Source: Candidatus Poribacteria bacterium (lineage in GTDB: Bacteria; Poribacteria; WGA-4E; UBA9662). From it: a DNA stretch of 64,000 nt. Below are positions 8,949-17,728 of the stretch, piece by piece. Location of the stretch: assembly GCA_036339735.1 (NCBI GenBank), contig JAYZAL010000005.1:32001-96000 (forward strand), read 5' to 3'. A model generated the notes under the pieces. It worked only from the letters and a program-made list of their open reading frames with translations, did no database searches and had not been told where the DNA came from. Numbering within the stretch: position 1 is the first letter of the stretch; every line of letters begins with the position of its first letter. The translations under genes were made by a program, and so were the position numbers.

Positions 8949-10996
8949 AACTTTATGGTTAGTTCACCAGTCCAAGTTCTAGACTTGTTCTTACTTGCAA
9001 AGACCATGTAAGGGTCTCCAGAAGCATCAAAATAGCGTCGTGTCATATTGTGGCTGTTAAATGCAGGGTTGAAATCACTATATTGAACCCAGAGATTGAC
9101 GTTTCGAAAAATATCCCAATTAGCTCCTAGGGAAACTGATTTAGCGATCCCATCGTCTTCGTTTCTCTGGCGATTGATTTCTGGGTAAGCCCCTTTGTCT
9201 AACTTGTATGTGTATGCGTCTTTCCGCTCCGCATATAAATTAAGTTCTTTGTAGTTATAAGGATTCGGGTTAGTAATTAATTTTAAACTGGTCACCAGCG
9301 TATTATCCCAAGAATGAGAGTCAAAATCTGAAGCATCCTCGGCTCTTGTTGGAATATAGTAAAGTGAATCTTGCTCGCTGTATGTTGATACGTTTGCTAA
9401 CATGAAGTTAGTCCTTTCGGATAAGTCATAATTCCAGAATAGATTCGAACCACCACTGAATTGGCTTGAATCCTGTTTCAAGTCGGGTCTTAGATCCAAG
9501 TCTTCGTAGTCTTCAATGTAAGTGTTATCGTAGGTGTTAACATTTGTTTTGTACAGTGCGTTCATTTGCGACGCTTTGACAGTAAACCCCTGAATTGCAT
9601 ACTTCCGAATGGTCGATTCACTCTGATCCTTCATGTAAACGTGCCCTGTTTTATCCAAGGTCAGGAATGATAAATCGTGATAGTCGTGGCTCTGCTTATT
9701 AACTTGATAAATTACTCGGCCGCTATAACGCCCTTTGCTATCAAACTTTTGTATTCGGCTTATGATTCTATGGTAAATAGTGGCTCGGACAGCTGCTGCT
9801 TTTAAATCTTCAGCCGACTCTGCTTGATTTTCCATCTCATCTGCGAGCATAGTTGTCTCATAGAGCCTAAGGTACTCAGCTTCCTCAAGCAATCGCAGTC
9901 GCCGGTCTAACATACCTCCACCAGCAATATCATTAAGGGGTAAGTCAGGAAAGATAGAATTACGTCCCAGTAAGTCTCTTTCAGGATGTAACGGATCGGA
10001 CAATACGTCAGCCAATCCGACTCCAGCTGGAGAAACCAAAGACAGCGCCCCCCCAGCGGGCAAGCCACCCAAATGCCGCTTAAACTGACTCGCGTCTTTG
10101 ACTAGTACAGTTCCATCCATAAGAACTGCTAGTGTTGCCGGTTTGGTAAATTCCCCCTTACCGCGCCCTCGACGATTAATACCAACATTCCGCAGGAAAT
10201 TCCCATCAGAATCAAACTTTACTACTCGGTGATTGAGGGTATCAGCCACCCATACATTTCCTTCATTATCTACAGCTAGATCGCTAGCTTGCTTATCTAA
10301 TTCGCCATCTCCCCTCCCATAACCGGCAAAGGATATAATTTTTTCGCCTGTTGTGGAAAATTTGTGAATGAAGAAAGTCGGCACCGTTGATTTCCCTTTA
10401 TATGGATCTAGAACAAACAGCTGTCCCAGAAGATCAACGTCAATTCTCAACTCACGTTCGGAACCACTCAGCTTATATGCAAAAGCTGACTTGCCTTCGT
10501 TATCTACCATTAGCTTTACGGGTTGGGCAATCAAAGACCAAGGAGTCGAATCAACGGTGGTAATGTATAAGGTCTGTAAGTAAATACCATCAGAAGAAAA
10601 CTTATGAACACAAGGCGCATAACGATAAATTTTGGGATTTTCAGTCTCTGCTATGTGGTGAATGGTGGTGTCAGCGACAAAAATATTGTTTTCTTTGTCA
10701 ACCACGATATCATTCGGGTTGGTTAAAATAATACTACCACCTAAGGTCGTATTTGATATTTGGCTTTTATACTCCCCTTCAGCACTGAGAATATAAATCG
10801 TTTTGTGGATTTTGTCGCTCACATAAATTTGGCCATCGTACCCAAAGGCCAAATGTATCTGGTCGCTGAATCGACCACTGGTGTTACCTTTGCCACCAAA
10901 TTCAGATTCAAATTTAAGATAATTTAGAGCAGATAGAGGCTGTATCGTAAGCAGAAAAATCAAGACTGCCGGCACTAGATACCGTCTAGATTCCAT
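8945..10996 (-). CDS. Secreted NHL-repeat protein with probable C-terminal beta-barrel
   Basis: Signal peptide; NHL repeats (DIVVD..NNIFVAD, LAVD..GNVWVADT.NHRV.KFD..G); C-terminus WTGELTIKF. Confidence 0.75.
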   Translation of the reverse strand: MESRRYLVPAVLIFLLTIQPLSALNYLKFESEFGGKGNTSGRFSDQIHLAFGYDGQIYVSDKIHKTIYILSAEGEYKSQISNTTLGGSIILTNPNDIVVDKENNIFVADTTIHHIAETENPKIYRYAPCVHKFSSDGIYLQTLYITTVDSTPWSLIAQPVKLMVDNEGKSAFAYKLSGSERELRIDVDLLGQLFVLDPYKGKSTVPTFFIHKFSTTGEKIISFAGYGRGDGELDKQASDLAVDNEGNVWVADTLNHRVVKFDSDGNFLRNVGINRRGRGKGEFTKPATLAVLMDGTVLVKDASQFKRHLGGLPAGGALSLVSPAGVGLADVLSDPLHPERDLLGRNSIFPDLPLNDIAGGGMLDRRLRLLEEAEYLRLYETTMLADEMENQAESAEDLKAAAVRATIYHRIISRIQKFDSKGRYSGRVIYQVNKQSHDYHDLSFLTLDKTGHVYMKDQSESTIRKYAIQGFTVKASQMNALYKTNVNTYDNTYIEDYEDLDLRPDLKQDSSQFSGGSNLFWNYDLSERTNFMLANVSTYSEQDSLYYIPTRAEDASDFDSHSWDNTLVTSLKLITNPNPYNYKELNLYAERKDAYTYKLDKGAYPEINRQRNEDDGIAKSVSLGANWDIFRNVNLWVQYSDFNPAFNSHNMTRRYFDASGDPYMVFASKNKSRTWTGELTIKF

Positions 10997-11019
10997 TATT
11001 CACACCCAAGATCATCGAC

Positions 11020-11048
11020 ATTCTAGCATCCGGATTTCTAAAAATCAA
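11020..11048 (-). promoter_or_regulatory. Putative sigma70 promoter of NHL gene
   Basis: TTGATT-N17-TAGAAT with extended -10 TG, on the minus strand. Confidence 0.5.
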
Positions 11049-11067
11049 GGAACCAAAAGTTTAGCTT

Positions 11068-11097
11068 TTGACATAAAAACGAATGATATGTTATATT
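11068..11097 (+). promoter_or_regulatory. Putative rpsB promoter
   Basis: TTGACA-N18-TATATT with extended -10 TG. Confidence 0.65.
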
Positions 11098-11132
11098 TCG
11101 CACTGTTTTGTATTTAGATAACGGAATTAGAA

Positions 11133-11252
11133 TCACGTCTCCTGATCTGTTCTGGGGTCTTTCATCGTTTGAGTAATAGACTCAGTTTGGAAGTCAGATT
11201 CGGATTTGAGGGGGGCGGTCGCCTGTTGGTAATCCCCAGCAGAACAACCCAT
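11133..11252 (+). ncRNA. Structured rpsB 5' leader (t44-like S2 autoregulatory element)
   Basis: CGTCTCCT can pair with GGGGGGCG, GATCTG with CAGATT, and TGTTCTG with CAGAACA; hairpin TGAGT-N5-ACTCA; GGGGT and AACCC/ATCCCC elements like t44; directly upstream of rpsB. Confidence 0.65.
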
Positions 11253-11272
11253 TTTGGATTGAGGAGTTTTTT

Positions 11273-12043
11273 TTGAACGTATCAATGAAAGAATTGCTAG
11301 AAGCTGGTGTTCACTTTGGCCACCAGATGAGGCGGTGGAACCCAAAAATGGCAAAGTATATCTTTGCTGAGCGTAATGGTATTTATATTGTAGATTTGCA
11401 GAAGACACTTCGCTTACTGGGAGTGGCATATGAATTTGTTCGTCAAACTGTCCAAAACGGTGGAAAAGTGCTGTTCGTTGGGACGAAGAAACAATCGCAA
11501 CAGGCTGTTGAGCAAGAGGCACTCCGTTGCCAGATGTTTTATGTAAACCAACGCTGGTTGGGAGGAACATTGACTAACTATGATACAATTTCCAAGAGTA
11601 TTGATCGCTTGAAGAAGCTGGAAACGGATGATGCTAACGGTATTTTAGACAATTTTGTAAAAAAAGAAGCTATGAAACTTCGTCGGCAGATGCAAAAACT
11701 GAATACCAACCTGTCTGGAATCAAGGAGATGGGGGGGTTACCTGACGCTGTAGTTATTACTGATACCAACAAAGAAGAAATTGCTGTTCTAGAAGCAAAA
11801 AAGTTGGGTATTCCGATAGTTGCCATTGTAGATACCAACTGCGATCCGGATTTAATTGATTACCCAATCCCAGGAAATGATGATGCGATTCGTTCCAATA
11901 ATTTGATTTGTCGTGCATTGGCTGACGCTGTCGTTGATGGTAGGGGTATTGCCACAGAAGGTCAAGATCATCCTGAATCCCAAGAATCCAATGAAGAATC
12001 CGGTGTGATTGAGCCAGAAGAAAACCAATCAGAAGAAGAATAA
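11273..12043 (+). CDS. rpsB: 30S ribosomal protein S2
   Basis: [44 protein letters not shown] and TTG start. Confidence 0.99.
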   Translation: MNVSMKELLEAGVHFGHQMRRWNPKMAKYIFAERNGIYIVDLQKTLRLLGVAYEFVRQTVQNGGKVLFVGTKKQSQQAVEQEALRCQMFYVNQRWLGGTLTNYDTISKSIDRLKKLETDDANGILDNFVKKEAMKLRRQMQKLNTNLSGIKEMGGLPDAVVITDTNKEEIAVLEAKKLGIPIVAIVDTNCDPDLIDYPIPGNDDAIRSNNLICRALADAVVDGRGIATEGQDHPESQESNEESGVIEPEENQSEEE

Positions 12044-12099
12044 GCATTTTGTTGATATAAGAATTTGAGGCATAAAACCGACGGAGGCGTTCCAAAAAA

Positions 12100-12696
12100 A
12101 TGAAAATTACGGCAAAAATGGTTGGTGATCTGAGATCTAGAACCGGCGCAGGAATGATGGATTGCAAAAAAGCATTGACGGAAACCGATGGAGACGTCGA
12201 CCTTGCGATCCAGCTCTTACGTGAGAAAGGACTAAAAGCTTCAGAACTAAAAAGTTCTCGTCAAGCTTCAGAGGGTACGATCACTTCTTATATTCACCCT
12301 GGTAGTCGTGTTGGAGTCCTTGTTGAGATTAACTGCGAAACGGACTTTGTTGCTAGAACCGACGAATTTCAGGAGTTGGCCAAGAATATTGCTATGCAAA
12401 TTGCGGCATCAAAACCCAAATACCTCGACCGAGAAAGTGTACCCGCAGATGTCGTCGAGTCTGAGAAATCAATTTTAAAACAACAAGACGACATTCAGGG
12501 CAAACCAGAGCAAATCATTGAAAAAATCGTAGAAGGTCGAATCGACAAATTTTTTGCTGAAGTATGCTTGATTGAACAGTCATACATCAAAGATAATGAT
12601 AAAACGATTGCAGAAATCGTGAAAGAGGCTGTCGCAAAATTGGGTGAGAACATTGTTATTAATAGGTTTTCCCTTTTTGTGTTGGGACAAACCTAA
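12100..12696 (+). CDS. tsf: Elongation factor Ts (short form)
   Basis: LRSRTGAGMMDCKKAL and EINCETDFVA; 198 aa. Confidence 0.98.
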   Translation: MKITAKMVGDLRSRTGAGMMDCKKALTETDGDVDLAIQLLREKGLKASELKSSRQASEGTITSYIHPGSRVGVLVEINCETDFVARTDEFQELAKNIAMQIAASKPKYLDRESVPADVVESEKSILKQQDDIQGKPEQIIEKIVEGRIDKFFAEVCLIEQSYIKDNDKTIAEIVKEAVAKLGENIVINRFSLFVLGQT

Positions 12697-12703
12697 ACTT
12701 ATT

Positions 12704-12737
12704 CCTTTTCTATTCATTTCATTAGATATAGAAAAGG
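12704..12737 (+). terminator. Intergenic stem-loop between tsf and frr
   Basis: CCTTTTCTAT...ATAGAAAAGG, a 10-bp inverted repeat. Confidence 0.45.
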
Positions 12738-12765
12738 TTAATTATTCAAGTGTGAGGGGGGTGGC

Positions 12766-13323
12766 ATGCCAGACATAGTCGTTTTGGAAGCTGAAGAGCG
12801 CATGGAAAAATCGGTTTCCTCAATTGTGAAAGAATTTGGAAAGGTTCAGACTGGCCGAGCGTCTGCTTCTCTTCTGGATAACGTAAGTGTTGATTATTAT
12901 GGAGCAAAAAATCCAATTAACAAAGTAGCAACAATAACGACGCCTGAAGCACGCTTGATTGTTATTCAACCTTGGGATAAATCGATTATCAAAGATATTG
13001 AAAAGGCAATTGCCTCCTCAGATTTGGGGTTAAACCCAAACAGCGATGGAACTTTGATTCGTATTGGTATTCCAGAGTTGACTACGGAGCGTCGTCAGCA
13101 ATTGACTAAAGTTGTATCTAACATTGCTGAGGATGGTCGAGTGTCAATCCGTAACATCCGTCGTGATGCTAATGAAAACCTAAAAAAAATGGAAAAAGAT
13201 AAGAGTATTTCGGAGGATGACCTTCATGGATACATGGGAGATATCCAAGATTTAACGGACCAACATATCGAACAAATCAATCAGCAACTCCAGAAAAAAG
13301 AACAAGAGCTTTTGGAAATTTAG
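12766..13323 (+). CDS. frr: Ribosome recycling factor
   Basis: TGRA, IQPWD, LGLNP..DG, PELT.ERR, RNIRRDAN. Confidence 0.98.
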   Translation: MPDIVVLEAEERMEKSVSSIVKEFGKVQTGRASASLLDNVSVDYYGAKNPINKVATITTPEARLIVIQPWDKSIIKDIEKAIASSDLGLNPNSDGTLIRIGIPELTTERRQQLTKVVSNIAEDGRVSIRNIRRDANENLKKMEKDKSISEDDLHGYMGDIQDLTDQHIEQINQQLQKKEQELLEI

Positions 13324-13339
13324 CCGATTTTAGTAGGCG

Positions 13340-14191
13340 ATGCAGTTTATGCTACTGCGCATCCTGAGCTCCCTAGTTTTAATTCCACTCACCATTCTCG
13401 TTATTTGGCAAGGTGGTTTTCTGTGTGTGCTGGCAACTGTCTGTTTGGTTGTTGTTACGTCGTTGGAAATGTGCCAACTGACGGAATCCATTGGTGCTAA
13501 ATTCAGCCGACTGTTGACTGTTTTTTGCAGTCTGCTCATTTGCTTACCATCTGTACTTGCATACCTTCCAAATTTTGAATATCCCAATTGGTTTTCTGCT
13601 GAGCCAGTTATCTTTCTCGTTTTATTGCTTAGTTTCTGTTATCAAATACAACAAGGGCAGTCTGATTTTTTTCCGCCATCCGCTAATTTCATTAACGTTG
13701 CATATATAGGGTGGGGGTTCGGCTACCATATACTTAGATTGCGGCAAGTAGGTGGCCAGAAATCTTTTTTTGGCTTTTGTTTAGTACTTTTTCTCTTAGG
13801 CGTAATTTGGACCGGGGATACACTAGCTTACCTAATCGGCAAGCTAGTTGGCCGTCACAAGTTACGGCCAGATATTAGTCCAGGAAAAACAATTGAGGGC
13901 ACAATAGCAGGTCTAGGAGGTAATATTCTAGCTGGTATTGCTATCTGGCACTTTCTATTGGTTGACCAAGTTCCCATGATGACTTTATCTCTAACATTAA
14001 TTATATCATTACTTATTGGTATAACTAGTCAGCTGAGTGATCTGAGTGAATCAATTATGAAGAGATGTGCGGGCGTTAAAGATTCTGGACACCTTATCCC
14101 AGGACACGGGGGGCTTTTGGATAGACTAGATAGTATGATGTTTGCAACCCCTACTTTTTATTATAGTCTAGAATTATTTCAGCTAATATGA
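13340..14191 (+). CDS. cdsA: Phosphatidate cytidylyltransferase
   Basis: DT.AY..G, ISPGKT.EG, S..KR..GVKDSG.LIPGHGG.LDR.DS. Confidence 0.95.
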   Translation: MQFMLLRILSSLVLIPLTILVIWQGGFLCVLATVCLVVVTSLEMCQLTESIGAKFSRLLTVFCSLLICLPSVLAYLPNFEYPNWFSAEPVIFLVLLLSFCYQIQQGQSDFFPPSANFINVAYIGWGFGYHILRLRQVGGQKSFFGFCLVLFLLGVIWTGDTLAYLIGKLVGRHKLRPDISPGKTIEGTIAGLGGNILAGIAIWHFLLVDQVPMMTLSLTLIISLLIGITSQLSDLSESIMKRCAGVKDSGHLIPGHGGLLDRLDSMMFATPTFYYSLELFQLI

Positions 14192-15369
14192 AGCGTATAG
14201 TGATACTAGGTTCAACTGGTTCAGTTGGTCAGAACGCCCTGTCAGTGGTAGCTGCACATCCTGATGAGTTTGAAATTGTAGGACTTTCTACGAATCAATC
14301 AATTGAAAAACTAGAAACGCAAATACAACAATTTAGGCCTAGGGTCGTAGCCGTAGCGAATCCCTGTTCGGCAAAACAATTGAACGATAAACTGAAAGAT
14401 ACGATTGATCTAGATATTCTGGTTGGCCAGGATGGGATAATTGCTCTAGCTGAAATGACAGATGCTGATCTGATTCTCGAGGGGATGGGTGGGAGTATTG
14501 GGTTAATACCAACTTTGTCCGCAATAAAAGCTGGAAATGACTTGGCTTTTGTTAACAAAGAAGTTTTAGTAATGGGTGGTTCACTTGTATTGGAAGCAGC
14601 TAAGAAAAATAACGTTCAGCTATTACCCGTAGATAGTGAGATTAGTGCAGTGTTTCAATGTTTACAAACCTCTTTGAAAAACGATGAAATACCATGTAAA
14701 GAAGAAATTAACCGACTGATTCTTACCGCATCGGGTGGGCCATTTCGTGATACTCCACTTTCAGAACTATCTCACGTAACCCAAGAGCAGGCTCTAAAAC
14801 ACCCAAACTGGAATATGGGCAAGAAAATCACTATTGATTCAGCAACCATGATGAACAAAGGTTTAGAAGTTATCGAAGCAAAGCTTTTTTTCGACCTTGA
14901 ATTATCCCAAGTTGAGGTTTTGATTCATGCTGAAAGCATTATTCATTCTATGGTTGAATTCATTGATGGATCGATATTAGCTCAGTTGGGAGTAGCAGAC
15001 ATGCGAGTGCCAATTCAGTATGCTCTCACTTATCCTAAACGCTTACCGAACCCAGCACCAAGACTGGATTTTTCCCAGATTCAAGAATTACACTTCGCTC
15101 AACCTGACTTTAGTCGCTTCCCTTGTTTAAAACATGCATATACTGCGGCTGAGGTCGGGGGCACTTTACCTGCTGTTCTTAGCATAGCCGATGAGGTAGC
15201 TGTAGATGCATTTCTAAAACGCAAAATCAGCTTTGTTGATATTCCACGAGTCTTGGATCAGGTTTTGAATGCTCACATTGTTACCCATGAACCATCTTTG
15301 GATGATATTCTCACATCAGTTCACTGGGCCGAAATAACTACCAAAGAAAAAATATCACACGTAACATAA
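14188..15369 (+). CDS. dxr: 1-deoxy-D-xylulose-5-phosphate reductoisomerase
   Basis: LGSTGSVG, PVDSE, LTASGGPF, HPNW.MG.KITIDSATMMNKGLE. Confidence 0.97.
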   Translation: MKRIVILGSTGSVGQNALSVVAAHPDEFEIVGLSTNQSIEKLETQIQQFRPRVVAVANPCSAKQLNDKLKDTIDLDILVGQDGIIALAEMTDADLILEGMGGSIGLIPTLSAIKAGNDLAFVNKEVLVMGGSLVLEAAKKNNVQLLPVDSEISAVFQCLQTSLKNDEIPCKEEINRLILTASGGPFRDTPLSELSHVTQEQALKHPNWNMGKKITIDSATMMNKGLEVIEAKLFFDLELSQVEVLIHAESIIHSMVEFIDGSILAQLGVADMRVPIQYALTYPKRLPNPAPRLDFSQIQELHFAQPDFSRFPCLKHAYTAAEVGGTLPAVLSIADEVAVDAFLKRKISFVDIPRVLDQVLNAHIVTHEPSLDDILTSVHWAEITTKEKISHVT

Positions 15370-15387
15370 CCGCTCAGTAGGAGAATT

Positions 15388-16977
15388 ATGAGTTTTCTGG
15401 ACATAGCCCAATTGATACAAGCTTTGCTGGCCTTCGGGTTGTTGATTTTCGTTCACGAACTTGGCCACTTTATTGCAGCTTTGTACTGTGGCATAACTGT
15501 CGAAAAATTCTCGATTGGTTTTGGTCCTCGTTTAATTGGATTTACCAAGAACGATATAGAGTATTGTATTTCTATTATCCCTTTTGGTGGGTATGTGAAA
15601 ATGGCAGGAGAAGATCCAACTGAAAGAGACGAAGAGGAAGAAAAAACAGTTTCAACTGAAGGAAACCCAACAGGTGAATTTCATACAGCTCCTGTTAGGC
15701 ATCGAATCTTGGTTGCCATTGCAGGTCCATTAGTTAACTTAGCCTTCGGTCTTATCTTATATAGCTTTATGTTCATGGTTTGGGGCGAAGAAACAGTAGG
15801 TTCAATGAAATCTACGAGGATTGGACATATCCAAGTTAATAGTGCAGCAGAAGCCGCGGACTTGAAAGTTGGAGACAAGATTGTTTCTGTTGATGGCAAA
15901 AAAGTTAGAAATTGGTCTGAATTGACTGAGACTATTATGCTAACCCCACCGAATAATAGAATTGAACTGAACTTGATACGAGAAGGGCGAACAATAATTA
16001 CTTCTGCTACGACAAAATCACGGAAAATTGGATCTAGAACAGTTAGCCAGCTTGGTATTTTGCCTTACCAAACTTTATTTGTATCGGGCCCTTCCCAAAT
16101 TAGTGGGCTACAAGACCAGGATCAAATTATTGCCATCGATGGCCAAGAAATTCATTCCCAAGTGGCTTTTAACACGAAATCACAAAAAGGCCCCGTTGAC
16201 CTTACAATTGAGAGAGATGGGAAGCCATTCACAATTAAAAATGTTCTAGTAAATTGGCATTTTCAGATCAGCGGCATACCAAAAGGAAACACCTCTGGCA
16301 AATTTGAATCTGGTGATAAAATCCTAAAAATCAACGAGGAACCAATTTCTGCAGCTAATTTGAATGAATTGTTTCAAGAGTTGGATAATTTTGCTCGTAA
16401 TAACAATGGTTTGCCAGTCAGTTTTCAATTAGAAAAAAATGACCAACAGCCAACTAATGCAGAAATAAAACCGGCAATTCGGAATGGACGATCCAAAGAT
16501 AACTCAGAAATAGACTGGCATGGTTTAGGCATTAGGCATACTTACACGAATTTGGTCTGTAGAGAAAATGTAGAAACAATTAGTTATAACTTTTTTACTG
16601 GGTGGAAACGGGGCGCTGAAGAAAGCGTAGAGGCTATATACCGGACGTTCAACGTAGTCCAAAAGTTATTTACACAAACTAACACTATTGGTCTAGTTAG
16701 TGGCCCTGTCGGAATCTTAAGAATTATTACCAAACAGTCTGGACCTTCCTTAGTTTTTTTGATTGCGTTTATTAGTATTAATTTAGCTATTGTCAACTTA
16801 TTGCCTTTAGCAATTACTGATGGTGGCCAAATTCTACTGTTTCTGATAGAAGCCATTCGAGGTAAACCAATAAAGCTAAAATATCAAGTTGGTATCCAGA
16901 CAGTGGCTGTTGTACTTCTAATTTTACTAGCAGTCTATATTACTATAAACGATGTTAGAGATTTATTTAGTGGTTAA
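15388..16977 (+). CDS. rseP: RIP metalloprotease with several PDZ domains
   Basis: HELGH, FSIGFG, GGYVKM, AGPLVN, NLLP...TDGG; follows dxr. Confidence 0.93.
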   Translation: MSFLDIAQLIQALLAFGLLIFVHELGHFIAALYCGITVEKFSIGFGPRLIGFTKNDIEYCISIIPFGGYVKMAGEDPTERDEEEEKTVSTEGNPTGEFHTAPVRHRILVAIAGPLVNLAFGLILYSFMFMVWGEETVGSMKSTRIGHIQVNSAAEAADLKVGDKIVSVDGKKVRNWSELTETIMLTPPNNRIELNLIREGRTIITSATTKSRKIGSRTVSQLGILPYQTLFVSGPSQISGLQDQDQIIAIDGQEIHSQVAFNTKSQKGPVDLTIERDGKPFTIKNVLVNWHFQISGIPKGNTSGKFESGDKILKINEEPISAANLNELFQELDNFARNNNGLPVSFQLEKNDQQPTNAEIKPAIRNGRSKDNSEIDWHGLGIRHTYTNLVCRENVETISYNFFTGWKRGAEESVEAIYRTFNVVQKLFTQTNTIGLVSGPVGILRIITKQSGPSLVFLIAFISINLAIVNLLPLAITDGGQILLFLIEAIRGKPIKLKYQVGIQTVAVVLLILLAVYITINDVRDLFSG

Positions 16978-16998
16978 ACTAAACATGTCATTGAATCA

Positions 16999-17727
16999 GT
17001 GAATATACGTCGACAGTTAGCCCAAATCGTTACTACAACAAGAGAATATATCGAAGAACAAGTGCAACTTGGCTTTTTGGATATAGATGAGGAGACCAAG
17101 GGCACTGTAGACCAACAAAATTTCTTTCAGGACAATGACTTAAAGACTCGGGAACCTCTTTATACAGGCCTTAATCTGGAAAATTTGAAAATGGAGGCAC
17201 TCGATTGTCACAAATGTCAACTTGATCAATCTAGAACCCATGTGGTTTTTGGGATTGGAAACCAAAAAGCTGATTTGATGTTTGTAGGTGAAGCCCCTGG
17301 AGCAGAGGAAGATCGAACAGGTAAACCCTTCGTTGGTCGAGCTGGCCAACTACTAACCAAAATCATTCAGTCGATCGGTTTGACTCGAGATGATGTCTAC
17401 ATAGCTAATGTCCTGAAATGTCGTCCACCCAGTAACCGAAACCCAAAACTTAATGAAATTGAACAATGTGAACCCTATCTACTTAGGCAAATAGAGCTAA
17501 TTAAACCAAAAGTTATCTGTGCTCTGGGTACTTTTGCTGCACAAATCCTATTAAGAACAGACGAACGGATCTCTAAGCTACGTGGTGATTTTTACAGTTA
17601 TCATGGCACCAAAGTAATGCCAACATATCATCCGGCTTATCTACTGAGGAATCCCGAAAATAAACGCCAAGTTTGGGAAGATATCCAGAAAGTGATGGCA
17701 GAATTAAGATTATCAATCCCAGACTGA
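16999..17727 (+). CDS. Uracil-DNA glycosylase family 4 (Fe-S)
   Basis: [35 protein letters not shown]. Confidence 0.94.
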   Translation: MNIRRQLAQIVTTTREYIEEQVQLGFLDIDEETKGTVDQQNFFQDNDLKTREPLYTGLNLENLKMEALDCHKCQLDQSRTHVVFGIGNQKADLMFVGEAPGAEEDRTGKPFVGRAGQLLTKIIQSIGLTRDDVYIANVLKCRPPSNRNPKLNEIEQCEPYLLRQIELIKPKVICALGTFAAQILLRTDERISKLRGDFYSYHGTKVMPTYHPAYLLRNPENKRQVWEDIQKVMAELRLSIPD

Positions 17728-17728
17728 A

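Noticed and set aside
9840-10200. GC-rich stretch in NHL gene as foreign DNA or intron
   Set aside because: Frame is uninterrupted and the Gly/Ala/Pro-rich protein sequence explains the GC.
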